From positions 3,325 through 67,324 of the forward strand of contig CAIVDK010000139.1 in assembly GCA_903904655.1 (NCBI GenBank): a stretch of 64,000 nucleotides of DNA. The letters are read 5' to 3'. This document shows positions 26,534-34,956 of the stretch, in pieces. The position numbers and the translations under genes were made by a program. Origin of the DNA: an uncultured delta proteobacterium (GTDB taxonomy: Bacteria > Desulfobacterota > Syntrophia > Syntrophales > Smithellaceae). Each line of letters opens with the position of its first letter. The stretch's first letter is position 1. The notes below the pieces were generated by a model. It saw nothing but the letters and a program-made list of their open reading frames with translations. It was not told the DNA's origin and ran no database searches.

Positions 26534-28090
26534 ATGAGTGAATCCCCAAGTCTCGCCGGACAGATTGGCAGGGCCAGCGCCATCATCATGATCTGGGCGA
26601 TGGTGGATAAAATCCTGGCCATCGGCAAGGAAATGATGACGGCCCAGCGTTTCGGCGTTTCGACGTCCCTGGATGTCTTCAATCTCGCCTATTCATTTCC
26701 GGGCACCGTTGTCCTGCTGTTTTCGGGTGCATTGGTTTCAGCGTTTGTTCCCCTGTATCTGGAATGGCGCAAACGTTCCCCCCTGGAAGCGGATTCCCAT
26801 ACTACCTGGCTGATTTATGTAACGATCCTGCTTTTTGCGGCACTCACCCTGATTTTCTTCGTCTTTGCTCCGGAAATTATTCAGTTGATCGGTTATGGAT
26901 TTCAGCCGGAGCAGAAGGCCTTGGCCGTTATCCTGGAGCGGTTGCTGATCCTGCTGATTTTCATTGATGGGGCGGGAATTCTGTTCCGAGGCATATTGCA
27001 CGCGAGAAAGCTATTTTTTCATCTGTATGTCGCCCCGATATTCGTGAACATAACCCTTATTGTTTTTCTGTTTTTTGATATGGGGCTGGATATTTATGCT
27101 CTGGTATGGGGGTTCCTGATCGGAACAACGATGAAAACCGTGTATATGGGTATAGCGCTTCGTCGGGAGAAATTTCAATACGGTACCCCGTTGCCGTTTG
27201 ACCGTCAAAAAATGAAAGCCCTCTGGCTGCTGGCCATCCCAATGCTGGGAAGCCAATTGATTGCAAACGCCAATCTGATGGTAGATCAGGTGATGGCCAC
27301 CCAGCTTCCGGCCGGATCTGTTTCAACCCTGCGGTATGCTTTTCGGATCAACGACCTGCCCATCCAGGTGGTCATCGCCGCCATTTCAAGGGCGATTTTC
27401 CCGTTTATCAGCGAAGAGGTGGCTGCCGGCCGGAACGATAACCTCCAGAATATATTCAAATATTCCCTGATTTTTCTGGGCTTTTTAACTATCCCCATCA
27501 CCTGCCTGATGGTGTTGTTTTCTGAGGACCTGGTCATTCTCTTGCTGAAACGAGGCGCATTTGATCTGGACGCAGCACGACAAACCTCGCAAGTACTGGT
27601 TTGCTATAGTCTGGGTCTATTTTTTTTAGCCTACACATTTATCAACGGTACATTCTTTGCCGCCCTGAAAAAAACTAAGATGCTTCTGTATATGGGGATC
27701 GTTTCCATCTTTCTGAATGTGCTGTTTAACTTCCTGTTTATGCATTTCTTTGGCGTCAAGGGCATTGCCCTGTCCACCAGTGTTACCATGGGAATCATTT
27801 CGATCTGGTTTATTTTCCTGCTGAAAAAACATCTGGGCATTACAAACTTATCCCAGACATTTTCCAGCTTTTACCGGTTGATTCTTGCGGCCGCAGGCAT
27901 GTTAGGAACCGGATGGATCATCGTAAAGTTCTTTGAATTTACCGCCATATCGCGATTGATTTCCGTTCCGATTGCCGCTTTAGCCGCGTCCCTGTGTTAT
28001 CTGGGCATCATCTGGGTGTTCCGGACAAAAGATCTGGATACCTGCATCACCGTATTAACCAGCAAATTTGCCATATGGAAAAAGGGATGA
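26534..28090 (+). CDS. MurJ/MviN-family (MOP superfamily) lipid-linked oligosaccharide flippase
   Basis: 518 aa with about 14 TM helices. The N-terminus RASAIIMIWAMVDKILAIGKEMMTAQRFGVSTSLDVFNLAYSFPG matches the MurJ signature region. Confidence 0.8.
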   Translation: MSESPSLAGQIGRASAIIMIWAMVDKILAIGKEMMTAQRFGVSTSLDVFNLAYSFPGTVVLLFSGALVSAFVPLYLEWRKRSPLEADSHTTWLIYVTILLFAALTLIFFVFAPEIIQLIGYGFQPEQKALAVILERLLILLIFIDGAGILFRGILHARKLFFHLYVAPIFVNITLIVFLFFDMGLDIYALVWGFLIGTTMKTVYMGIALRREKFQYGTPLPFDRQKMKALWLLAIPMLGSQLIANANLMVDQVMATQLPAGSVSTLRYAFRINDLPIQVVIAAISRAIFPFISEEVAAGRNDNLQNIFKYSLIFLGFLTIPITCLMVLFSEDLVILLLKRGAFDLDAARQTSQVLVCYSLGLFFLAYTFINGTFFAALKKTKMLLYMGIVSIFLNVLFNFLFMHFFGVKGIALSTSVTMGIISIWFIFLLKKHLGITNLSQTFSSFYRLILAAAGMLGTGWIIVKFFEFTAISRLISVPIAALAASLCYLGIIWVFRTKDLDTCITVLTSKFAIWKKG

Positions 28091-28092
28091 TT

Positions 28093-29118
28093 CTAAGATG
28101 GCCGTTTATAAACTATTTTCTGAGACAGATAGATGGAAGAACATTCGATCATCCGATAAAACCCATACGACGCGATAAGCGTGACGATAACGGCCAACAG
28201 AATCACCAAATAGTCATGATCACGGAAGAATGGAGTTACGGAAAGTAAACGGACCACGCGCACTCCGACAGGTATATGAATGAGATAAATGGAGTAGGAA
28301 ATCTTTCCTAAAAAAATCAAAATATCGTTTTTGACAAACCAGAACAGAATCAAGAGCGAAGCCAGTGCACTGGCCATGGCGCTGGCCAATCCCATCTTAT
28401 GATATATCGCAAGAAAATCAAGGCACAGCAATAAAAAAAGTAATGTGTTGTTAAGCTTTCCCTGGATTTTAAGATAGCATAAAAACCCACATGTAAACAG
28501 GGGGGCGTAATAGAACAAAAGACGTGAATAGGGCGTTAACAACCCTGTAAGTAAAAATAGCAGGCAAAAAACCAATGATATTTTATGATTAGGCAGGGAT
28601 AACAACGGGAAACAAATCGCAATAAATAGATAATATTGAAATTCAATGGCCAGCGTCCAAAAAATCGGGATCACCCAGGGAAGTCCCAGAAAGTCATTCA
28701 AATAGCCGATATGCGCCAGTAGTGCGGCCGGTTGGACTGAAAACGGCGTCCCTTTATAGATGGATGCCAACCAGAACAACAGAAGGGATAGACCTGCGGC
28801 GGCAAAATAAGGGGGATCGATCCGAATCACGCGTTTCGCCAGAAACTTGGGGAAATTGCCAACCCGATATCCGGATTTTGAAAGTGCAACCGGAATAATA
28901 AATCCGGAAATAATGAAAAACACGTTGACGCCCAGATAGCCGAAGTTGCAGACAGATTTGAGAAACGACTCGTCAGCGGGAAAACCGGCTTGGGCTAATG
29001 CTAAATGAAACAAGCACACGCTTAGAGCAGCCAAGCCGCGGAGGGCATCAACATGGTGAAGACGATTGGAAACGCTGGTCGAAGATAAAATCATGGCCGC
29101 ACGATAAATTAACCTCAT
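28093..29118 (-). CDS. Acyltransferase family 3 (AT3, OafA/WecH-like O-acetyltransferase)
   Basis: RLHHVDALRGLAALSVCLFH N-terminal AT3 motif and about 10 TM helices, 341 aa. No fused SGNH domain. Confidence 0.85.
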   Translation of the reverse strand: MRLIYRAAMILSSTSVSNRLHHVDALRGLAALSVCLFHLALAQAGFPADESFLKSVCNFGYLGVNVFFIISGFIIPVALSKSGYRVGNFPKFLAKRVIRIDPPYFAAAGLSLLLFWLASIYKGTPFSVQPAALLAHIGYLNDFLGLPWVIPIFWTLAIEFQYYLFIAICFPLLSLPNHKISLVFCLLFLLTGLLTPYSRLLFYYAPLFTCGFLCYLKIQGKLNNTLLFLLLCLDFLAIYHKMGLASAMASALASLLILFWFVKNDILIFLGKISYSIYLIHIPVGVRVVRLLSVTPFFRDHDYLVILLAVIVTLIASYGFYRMIECSSIYLSQKIVYKRPS

Positions 29119-29162
29119 TGCAAAATCAACATCAAAATGTTCGTTTTTTATCGCCTTCTCTG

Positions 29163-29190
29163 TTGCAAGATCAACTTTTGATGATATACT
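29163..29190 (+). promoter_or_regulatory. Candidate extended -10 sigma70 promoter
   Basis: TTGCAA (29163-29168), a 16-nt spacer, then TGaTATACT (29182-29190). It would give a leader of about 270 nt before the CelD-like gene at 29464. Confidence 0.4.
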
Positions 29191-29463
29191 GATGCATATT
29201 CGTTACATCAGACACCATACAATACTACGAGGCATGCATGATAGGGATACGAAAAACAATATGGCAGCTCCTGAGTATTCTGAAGAGCATTGTTCTTTCG
29301 CGTCATGTCGATGTTTCCGAAAAACGAATTCCGATGTCCATAAAACGATACTGCCGCCGAACTATCTGGGCGGCGGTAATCCATTCAGTCCCCTTAAAGT
29401 CATTAAAACGTGGAAACGGGATGTTGACTAGAAATCAATAATCAATGCGTTATAGGAGATGCG

Positions 29464-30588
29464 TTGGGAAATCTAATGAACGTTAAAATCACGACCCAAC
29501 CGGATGATTTTTCCGCTCTGGAAAATGAGTGGAAGGCGTTGTCGCAAAACAGTAACTCCGACAATGTGTTTTTAACATGGGAATGGATATCTACATGGTG
29601 GGAGTGTTTTTCAACCGGTCGTCAACTATGCATTTTAACAGCTCGCAGAATTAATGATGGAAAATTGCTTGGACTGGCGCCACTCAATATTCAAAGACGT
29701 GTTTATAAAAACATCATTCCTTATCGCGAGTTATCATTTATGGAAAACCAGGAGGCAGCGCCTGACCATCTTGACATCATCAGCGGGGCAGACTCTGAAG
29801 AAGAGGTTGCAAAAGCTTTTGTGAACTACATTTTCGAGAACAGGTCCATGTGGGATGTGATAAAATTGGATAATGCAGCATCGGGATCTTTGTTCTTACG
29901 CCTCATGCTTGAGAAAAAAGCTGCTTCTGCCATGATCTCTTATCAGCCGTGCCCTTATATTCAACTGACTGAGACTTGGGAGAATTATCTCTCCGGATTG
30001 AGCAAGAACGCACGCCACAATATACTACGTTATGGTAACCGATTGAGCAAGGAATACCCGGATCAGGTAAAATACTGGAGAGTAGAAAAGAAAGATGATT
30101 TATTGAGGATGACCGACATATTCTTTTCCCTACATCTAGACAGGAAATCGGAACAACAGCAAGACAGTACGTTTAATGATCAGCGGTTATTGAAATTTAT
30201 TCAGAAGATCGTTCATAAATTTCATGAAAACGGGTGGCTGCATTTTTATATATTAACCGTTAAGCAGGAGCCCATTGCCGCCATCCTTTGTTTTTGCTAT
30301 AAAGCGATATTTTCTTGTTATCAACAAGGACACCATCCTTCATGGGCGGTCTTTGGCCCAGGACGTCAAATTATCGCATACACCATCAAACAGGCAATAC
30401 TGAATGGAGCGCTTGAATGTGATTTTTTAAGAGGGGATGAGTCATATAAATATGTATGGACAAAAAAAACACATAACGATATCTATTTTTCCATGCCCAT
30501 AAGCAGTTGGGGCCAGTTTTTATTCAAAATGCGAAACATCAATCAAAGCATCAAAAATAAATATCAAAAAAATGCACTCAAGGCTTAG
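29464..30588 (+). CDS. FemAB/CelD/BioF2-like GNAT-fold acyltransferase, third diverged paralogue
   Basis: DDFSALENEWKALSQNSNSDNVFLTWEWISTWWECF N-terminal pattern and CDFLRGDESYKYVWT C-terminal motif, parallel to the tandem pair. The start could instead be the ATG at 29476. Confidence 0.7.
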   Translation: MGNLMNVKITTQPDDFSALENEWKALSQNSNSDNVFLTWEWISTWWECFSTGRQLCILTARRINDGKLLGLAPLNIQRRVYKNIIPYRELSFMENQEAAPDHLDIISGADSEEEVAKAFVNYIFENRSMWDVIKLDNAASGSLFLRLMLEKKAASAMISYQPCPYIQLTETWENYLSGLSKNARHNILRYGNRLSKEYPDQVKYWRVEKKDDLLRMTDIFFSLHLDRKSEQQQDSTFNDQRLLKFIQKIVHKFHENGWLHFYILTVKQEPIAAILCFCYKAIFSCYQQGHHPSWAVFGPGRQIIAYTIKQAILNGALECDFLRGDESYKYVWTKKTHNDIYFSMPISSWGQFLFKMRNINQSIKNKYQKNALKA

Positions 30589-30692
30589 TAATGATGGGAA
30601 AATCGAAGACGCCGACCGGGAAGTTCGAAATAGGGTAGAGACTATGTTCGGAATGATTTTTTGCCGATACTGTTGAGCGAGGCCAAGCGATT

Positions 30693-31907
30693 ATGAAACA
30701 CGATCGAAATCATTTTGGAGCGGAAAGCGTTGTTCTCAGTGGAATACACAACGTCAATGCTTTGGGCGTACTCCGGGGACTGAGGAAAAAGGGAATTCCC
30801 GTTATGCTGCTGGATGTCGACTCCCACAGCATGGTGCGCTATTCCCGTTTTGTCTCCCGGCGCGTCCCCTGCCCCAATCCCAATGATTCCGAGGCGGGAT
30901 TTGTGGATGCGCTGGTTGAACTGGGGCGCTCTCTGGACCATCAACCGGTTTTTATTCCAACCGGTGATGCGGAAGTCATGGCCCTTTCAAGGCACAAGGA
31001 TGCACTTTTGCCCTATTACAAAATGCCGGTGGCTTCCTTTGACACCATCGATCTTCTGGTAAACAAAAAACGGTTTTTCGAGGACGTGATTCGCCGGAAC
31101 ATTCCCTGTCCCAGAACCTGTTTCCCTGAAACGGTTGACGAAATGCGGGAAATGGCCGCCGATATTGGTTATCCCCTGATCATTAAATCTGCCTATTCTC
31201 ATCGATTCATACGGGAATTTCATAAAAAGGTCTTTGTGATTCATTCGCCTTCAGATCTGGAAACTGCTATCAGGTTGCTAGATGGTGCGCATCAGGACTA
31301 TTTTCTGCAGGAAATTATTCCCGGAAACACGCTGTATCTGTTTTATTCCTATTTCAATCACCAGTCTGTTCCCCTCGGCATTTGCGGATATGATAAGGTC
31401 CGGCAGTTTCCCAAAGATTTCGGCATTGGAACCATCTGCCGCAGTATGAATCGTTCTCAGCCGATCCACGCAGCCGTAGAATATCTTCAGAATATCGGTT
31501 ACTATGGGCTTGCAGAGCCCGAATTCAAGCTGGATCCACGGGATGGTCAGTACAAGCTGATCGAGATCAACACCCGTGCCGTTACAATGACCCTGCTGGC
31601 CAAAGCCTGCGGGGTTCATGTGGAATACCTGGCCTATCTGGATTTGCTCCATGAAAACGTTGAACCGCTGGGACCTGCGACGGAAGGCATTGTATGGATC
31701 GATGAAATCAATGAACTACATTATCAGCTTTCCAGGATCCGCAGAGGGCTTTTTTCTTTTTCGGATCTGTCCGTAATCTTAAAAGGGAAAAGAGTATTTG
31801 CATGCGCAGCGGCAGATGATCCTGTTCCGCTTCTGATCGGGTTGGCTCGCTTTTTCAAAGAACGATTGACGTCTCCACGAACCGAGGACACCATGTTAAA
31901 TCTCTAA
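30693..31907 (+). CDS. ATP-grasp family carboxylate-amine ligase (COG3919-like)
   Basis: GIHNVNALGVLRGLRKKGIPVMLLD pre-ATP-grasp region, IGYPLIIKSAYSH, FLQEIIPG and YKLIEINTRA (Mg/ATP-binding E-x-N). Confidence 0.7.
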   Translation: MKHDRNHFGAESVVLSGIHNVNALGVLRGLRKKGIPVMLLDVDSHSMVRYSRFVSRRVPCPNPNDSEAGFVDALVELGRSLDHQPVFIPTGDAEVMALSRHKDALLPYYKMPVASFDTIDLLVNKKRFFEDVIRRNIPCPRTCFPETVDEMREMAADIGYPLIIKSAYSHRFIREFHKKVFVIHSPSDLETAIRLLDGAHQDYFLQEIIPGNTLYLFYSYFNHQSVPLGICGYDKVRQFPKDFGIGTICRSMNRSQPIHAAVEYLQNIGYYGLAEPEFKLDPRDGQYKLIEINTRAVTMTLLAKACGVHVEYLAYLDLLHENVEPLGPATEGIVWIDEINELHYQLSRIRRGLFSFSDLSVILKGKRVFACAAADDPVPLLIGLARFFKERLTSPRTEDTMLNL

Positions 31908-32034
31908 CAATCGAAGGGTATGATCAGCAGATGGTGGCCGATAACAAGCAATGGCTGTTGGTTTAGTCAACGCACAAAGACGCAAGCGGCTGTGAGATAG
32001 CCAACTACCTTTATCCCGAAAAATGTCACAATGA

Positions 32035-34503
32035 CTAACGTGCCCTGATGAGGCGAAACCCCACGCGATAGGTGCGGTGGTCGAACGAGATAAAAGGGCT
32101 GAGGCGAGACGCCGATCGGCAGTGCATGGCGCAGTAACCCCAGGAACCGCCGCGAGCCACGTGGTAGAAACCCGAGGAGGGGCCTTCCGGATCGGTAACT
32201 CTGCCGGAGGGATAAACCCCATACCAGTCAAGGACCCACTCCCAGACATTCCCGTGCATGTCATACAAGCCCCAGGCGTTGGGTGCAAAACTCCCCACCC
32301 TGATAGTCTTCTGGCGATACTCCCCTCTGGCACATCCCGATAAAGGATTATTGCCGTCGTAATTTGCCTGATCTGTCGCAAGGCAATTGCCGGCATTAAA
32401 GGGCGTCGTCGTACCTGCTCTTGCCGCATACTCCCACTGAGCCTCCGTGGGCAGCCGGTATTGGTTTGTCCCTTCCATGCTATTGAGTCTCCGGATGAAA
32501 TCCTGGACTTCGCTCCAGGAAACCTGCTCTACCGGACAGTCATCACCGCAATTCTTAAAATAAGAGGGGTTATTTTTCACCACCCTTTTCCACTGCTCCT
32601 GCGTTACTTCCGTCGTCTGCATGTAAAAGGGTTGGCTGATCGTCACCTGGCGCTGGGGACCTTCATCATCGTCCCGCCCTGGCTCGCCAGGGGGAGATCC
32701 CATTGTATACGTTCCGGAAGGGATAAGGGCAAACTTGGCTCCCAATATTGGGCTCGTAAAGGTCCGGCTGTCTTCCGGTGGGCCGGTAGGTCGGGGAAGC
32801 ATGGCATTGCCCTGATGCAAAGGGTCAGGTTTCTCCACAGTCGCTACAGAAGGTTGTGTCTCACAACTACTTTTGAGAATGACGCTAAAATCCTTTGGCA
32901 TGTGCTTTTCCAAGTGGAAGACATTATACTCTTTGTCTTGGAAAACAAGCCGTAGATAGGGAAGGTTAAACAAATGACCTGCCTCGGGGGGTGCGACAAT
33001 GTGAGTAATCGAAGCGTGGTTTTGGATATGACGCAACGCATTGCCGGCGTCAGCGGCATTTCCGGCCCCGTAGAACGCTTTTGCCAATTGTACCCGCATA
33101 TACCATTCCAGAATTTCCGAGTCTTTGATGGCGTGAGATTTCCAGTCAACGAATACGGGAACCCCTGAAGCCAGCCGAAACTTCTCAAACATTAAAGGAA
33201 TAAGGTATGTTTCATCTTTTTTTGCGTGTTTCTTTGCGTAAGAGATAACGGTCTCTCGATCCCCGTCAGCGCGGGCTCCTGCAATTGTCTTGTTTACACC
33301 CGTAAAAAACATTCCAACAAGAAACACTAAAAACAGGCAGATAACTGTTGTGCTGACCCATCGCCTGATTCGCTCTGCCGGAATGGTAGAAATTATATGG
33401 GTTGCCATAAATGAGAAAAGACCAACAGTAAGTGCCATAGATACGGGAATAAGCCAGGTAAATACCCGCCATGGAGAAAGCAACGCCAGAAAATGGCTTC
33501 CGGATATGGCCTGTATTGATGTAAGCCCGATGCTGCCGATAGTGCAAAGAACGAAGATAAAGAATAGACGTTTATGCCGATACGAAAGCAAGAGTCCAAC
33601 GACCATGATCAGCAATTGTATGTATACACGGTGCGAAAACCAAACGGATATTTTCAAATGATGAGGAGTGCGCTCTTCAAAGAGAATCGTTTGAGCCATT
33701 GACGTAGTTGCAGAGTTGGTCGGGTAAAAGGTGAATAGGACGTACAAGACAATGGGCATGATCAACAGAAGGGCAAGCCCCCCGACCTTGGCGGCGCTTT
33801 TTACATTTTTTCGGGAAAGCATGAGCGCCATATAGGCGCCCGTTAGCAGTGCTGTATGGAGAATATAAGGAGTCTGAACGGTGGCGGCAAAGACGGCACA
33901 CACAACAGCCGGCATTTCTTTCTTGTATACGAATAAGGCAAGGCTTGCGATGAGCAGTACGCCAAAGGCTGACGGCTGTAAGAATGGTCCAAGAATATAC
34001 TGTCCAGCCATACCATTGGTAGATAAAAATGCTAACGTCTGGAGCCTTGAGGGCACCCAAGTCCAGTCGGGAGTGTAATTAACGTAGGGGTTCGCAATCC
34101 AAGGAGAATGGAGAAGCGTAAGCATGGCAAAGAAAAACGACACTGGGAGCATCCCCAATATGCCAGGAAATACACGATGTGCAATAGCAAACAAAGACAA
34201 AGCATATACAGCTGCAAGGACACCATGCAGGGCATAAAAGATCCAATGACTGTCGAGCAATTGAACCAAAGATACGAAAGCGGAGAACACAGGGATATGC
34301 TCGGTCTGCTGTGCATACCAGTCCGATGAAAGGTAGCCGAAACCGGCGTTCGCAAGTCCCCTTTCGAAGTGAGTGTTCTGATTATTGTAGAAGAGCGGCA
34401 ATTGGCTGTATGCCCCGGCAAACAGCAGACATGCCATCACGAGAAGAATGGCTTTGAGTTGAAAATGGGATTCTTTATTGATTGTCTTCGTCTGAAAATG
34501 CAC
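32035..34503 (-). CDS. Fusion protein: polytopic GT-C-like membrane domain + C-terminal FGE-sulfatase (SUMF1/C-type-lectin-fold) domain
   Basis: Residues 1 to about 545 hold 11 or more TM helices plus a soluble alpha/beta region ending ...YNVFHLEK. A P/S/T linker follows. The last 233 aa (about 32038..32736) carry YRLPTEAQWEYAARAG, YDMHGNVWEWV, ARGGSW and RVGFRL. Confidence 0.8.
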   Translation of the reverse strand: MHFQTKTINKESHFQLKAILLVMACLLFAGAYSQLPLFYNNQNTHFERGLANAGFGYLSSDWYAQQTEHIPVFSAFVSLVQLLDSHWIFYALHGVLAAVYALSLFAIAHRVFPGILGMLPVSFFFAMLTLLHSPWIANPYVNYTPDWTWVPSRLQTLAFLSTNGMAGQYILGPFLQPSAFGVLLIASLALFVYKKEMPAVVCAVFAATVQTPYILHTALLTGAYMALMLSRKNVKSAAKVGGLALLLIMPIVLYVLFTFYPTNSATTSMAQTILFEERTPHHLKISVWFSHRVYIQLLIMVVGLLLSYRHKRLFFIFVLCTIGSIGLTSIQAISGSHFLALLSPWRVFTWLIPVSMALTVGLFSFMATHIISTIPAERIRRWVSTTVICLFLVFLVGMFFTGVNKTIAGARADGDRETVISYAKKHAKKDETYLIPLMFEKFRLASGVPVFVDWKSHAIKDSEILEWYMRVQLAKAFYGAGNAADAGNALRHIQNHASITHIVAPPEAGHLFNLPYLRLVFQDKEYNVFHLEKHMPKDFSVILKSSCETQPSVATVEKPDPLHQGNAMLPRPTGPPEDSRTFTSPILGAKFALIPSGTYTMGSPPGEPGRDDDEGPQRQVTISQPFYMQTTEVTQEQWKRVVKNNPSYFKNCGDDCPVEQVSWSEVQDFIRRLNSMEGTNQYRLPTEAQWEYAARAGTTTPFNAGNCLATDQANYDGNNPLSGCARGEYRQKTIRVGSFAPNAWGLYDMHGNVWEWVLDWYGVYPSGRVTDPEGPSSGFYHVARGGSWGYCAMHCRSASRLSPFISFDHRTYRVGFRLIRAR

Positions 34504-34675
34504 CCCTTAATTTCTCCTCATGTTAATTGAACCGATAAGGGCTTGCCTGTCTGTGCGCGAAGAATACGAGCGCGGGCTTTACATGTCAAGGATATTTTAT
34601 GGTTCCTCACCCTTTTCTGTGGGTAAAGTCCTTGAATTGATAGGCGGGTAATGTTATCTTCTTAAAAAGGATAAT

Positions 34676-34948
34676 ATGACTATGAACGATGCAATGATCA
34701 AAGCGGAAATAGAATTCTTCATAGAAAATAATGCCTCGTCCGGCGCGAACCTGTCTAAACTGCATGACGACGATTCGTTTTTTGAAAATGGTATCATCGA
34801 TTCCGCCGGTGTGCTTGAACTGGTCGCTTTCATGGAAGAAACGTTCAATATCATCGTAGAAGATGAAGAGTTGACGCTGGAAAACCTGGACTCATTCAAC
34901 AGGCTTGTCCGATTCATACGATTGAAGATGTTAAGCCAAAATCATTAA
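34676..34948 (+). CDS. Acyl/peptidyl carrier protein (DltC-like size)
   Basis: 90 aa with phosphopantetheine attachment motif GIIDSAGVLELVAFMEETF. Confidence 0.8.
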   Translation: MTMNDAMIKAEIEFFIENNASSGANLSKLHDDDSFFENGIIDSAGVLELVAFMEETFNIIVEDEELTLENLDSFNRLVRFIRLKMLSQNH

Positions 34949-34956
34949 GGAAGAGT

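Noticed and set aside
29192-29441. Two overlapping small + ORFs (79 and 67 aa) in the AT3/CelD-like intergenic region
   Set aside because: No RBS, no motifs, and the two frames are mutually overlapping. The region is better explained as a divergent promoter plus a long 5' leader.
31896-32429. 177-aa minus-strand ORF overlapping the end of the fusion gene
   Set aside because: It is an alternative frame of the FGE-domain region. The FGE frame carries all the conserved motifs; this one has none.
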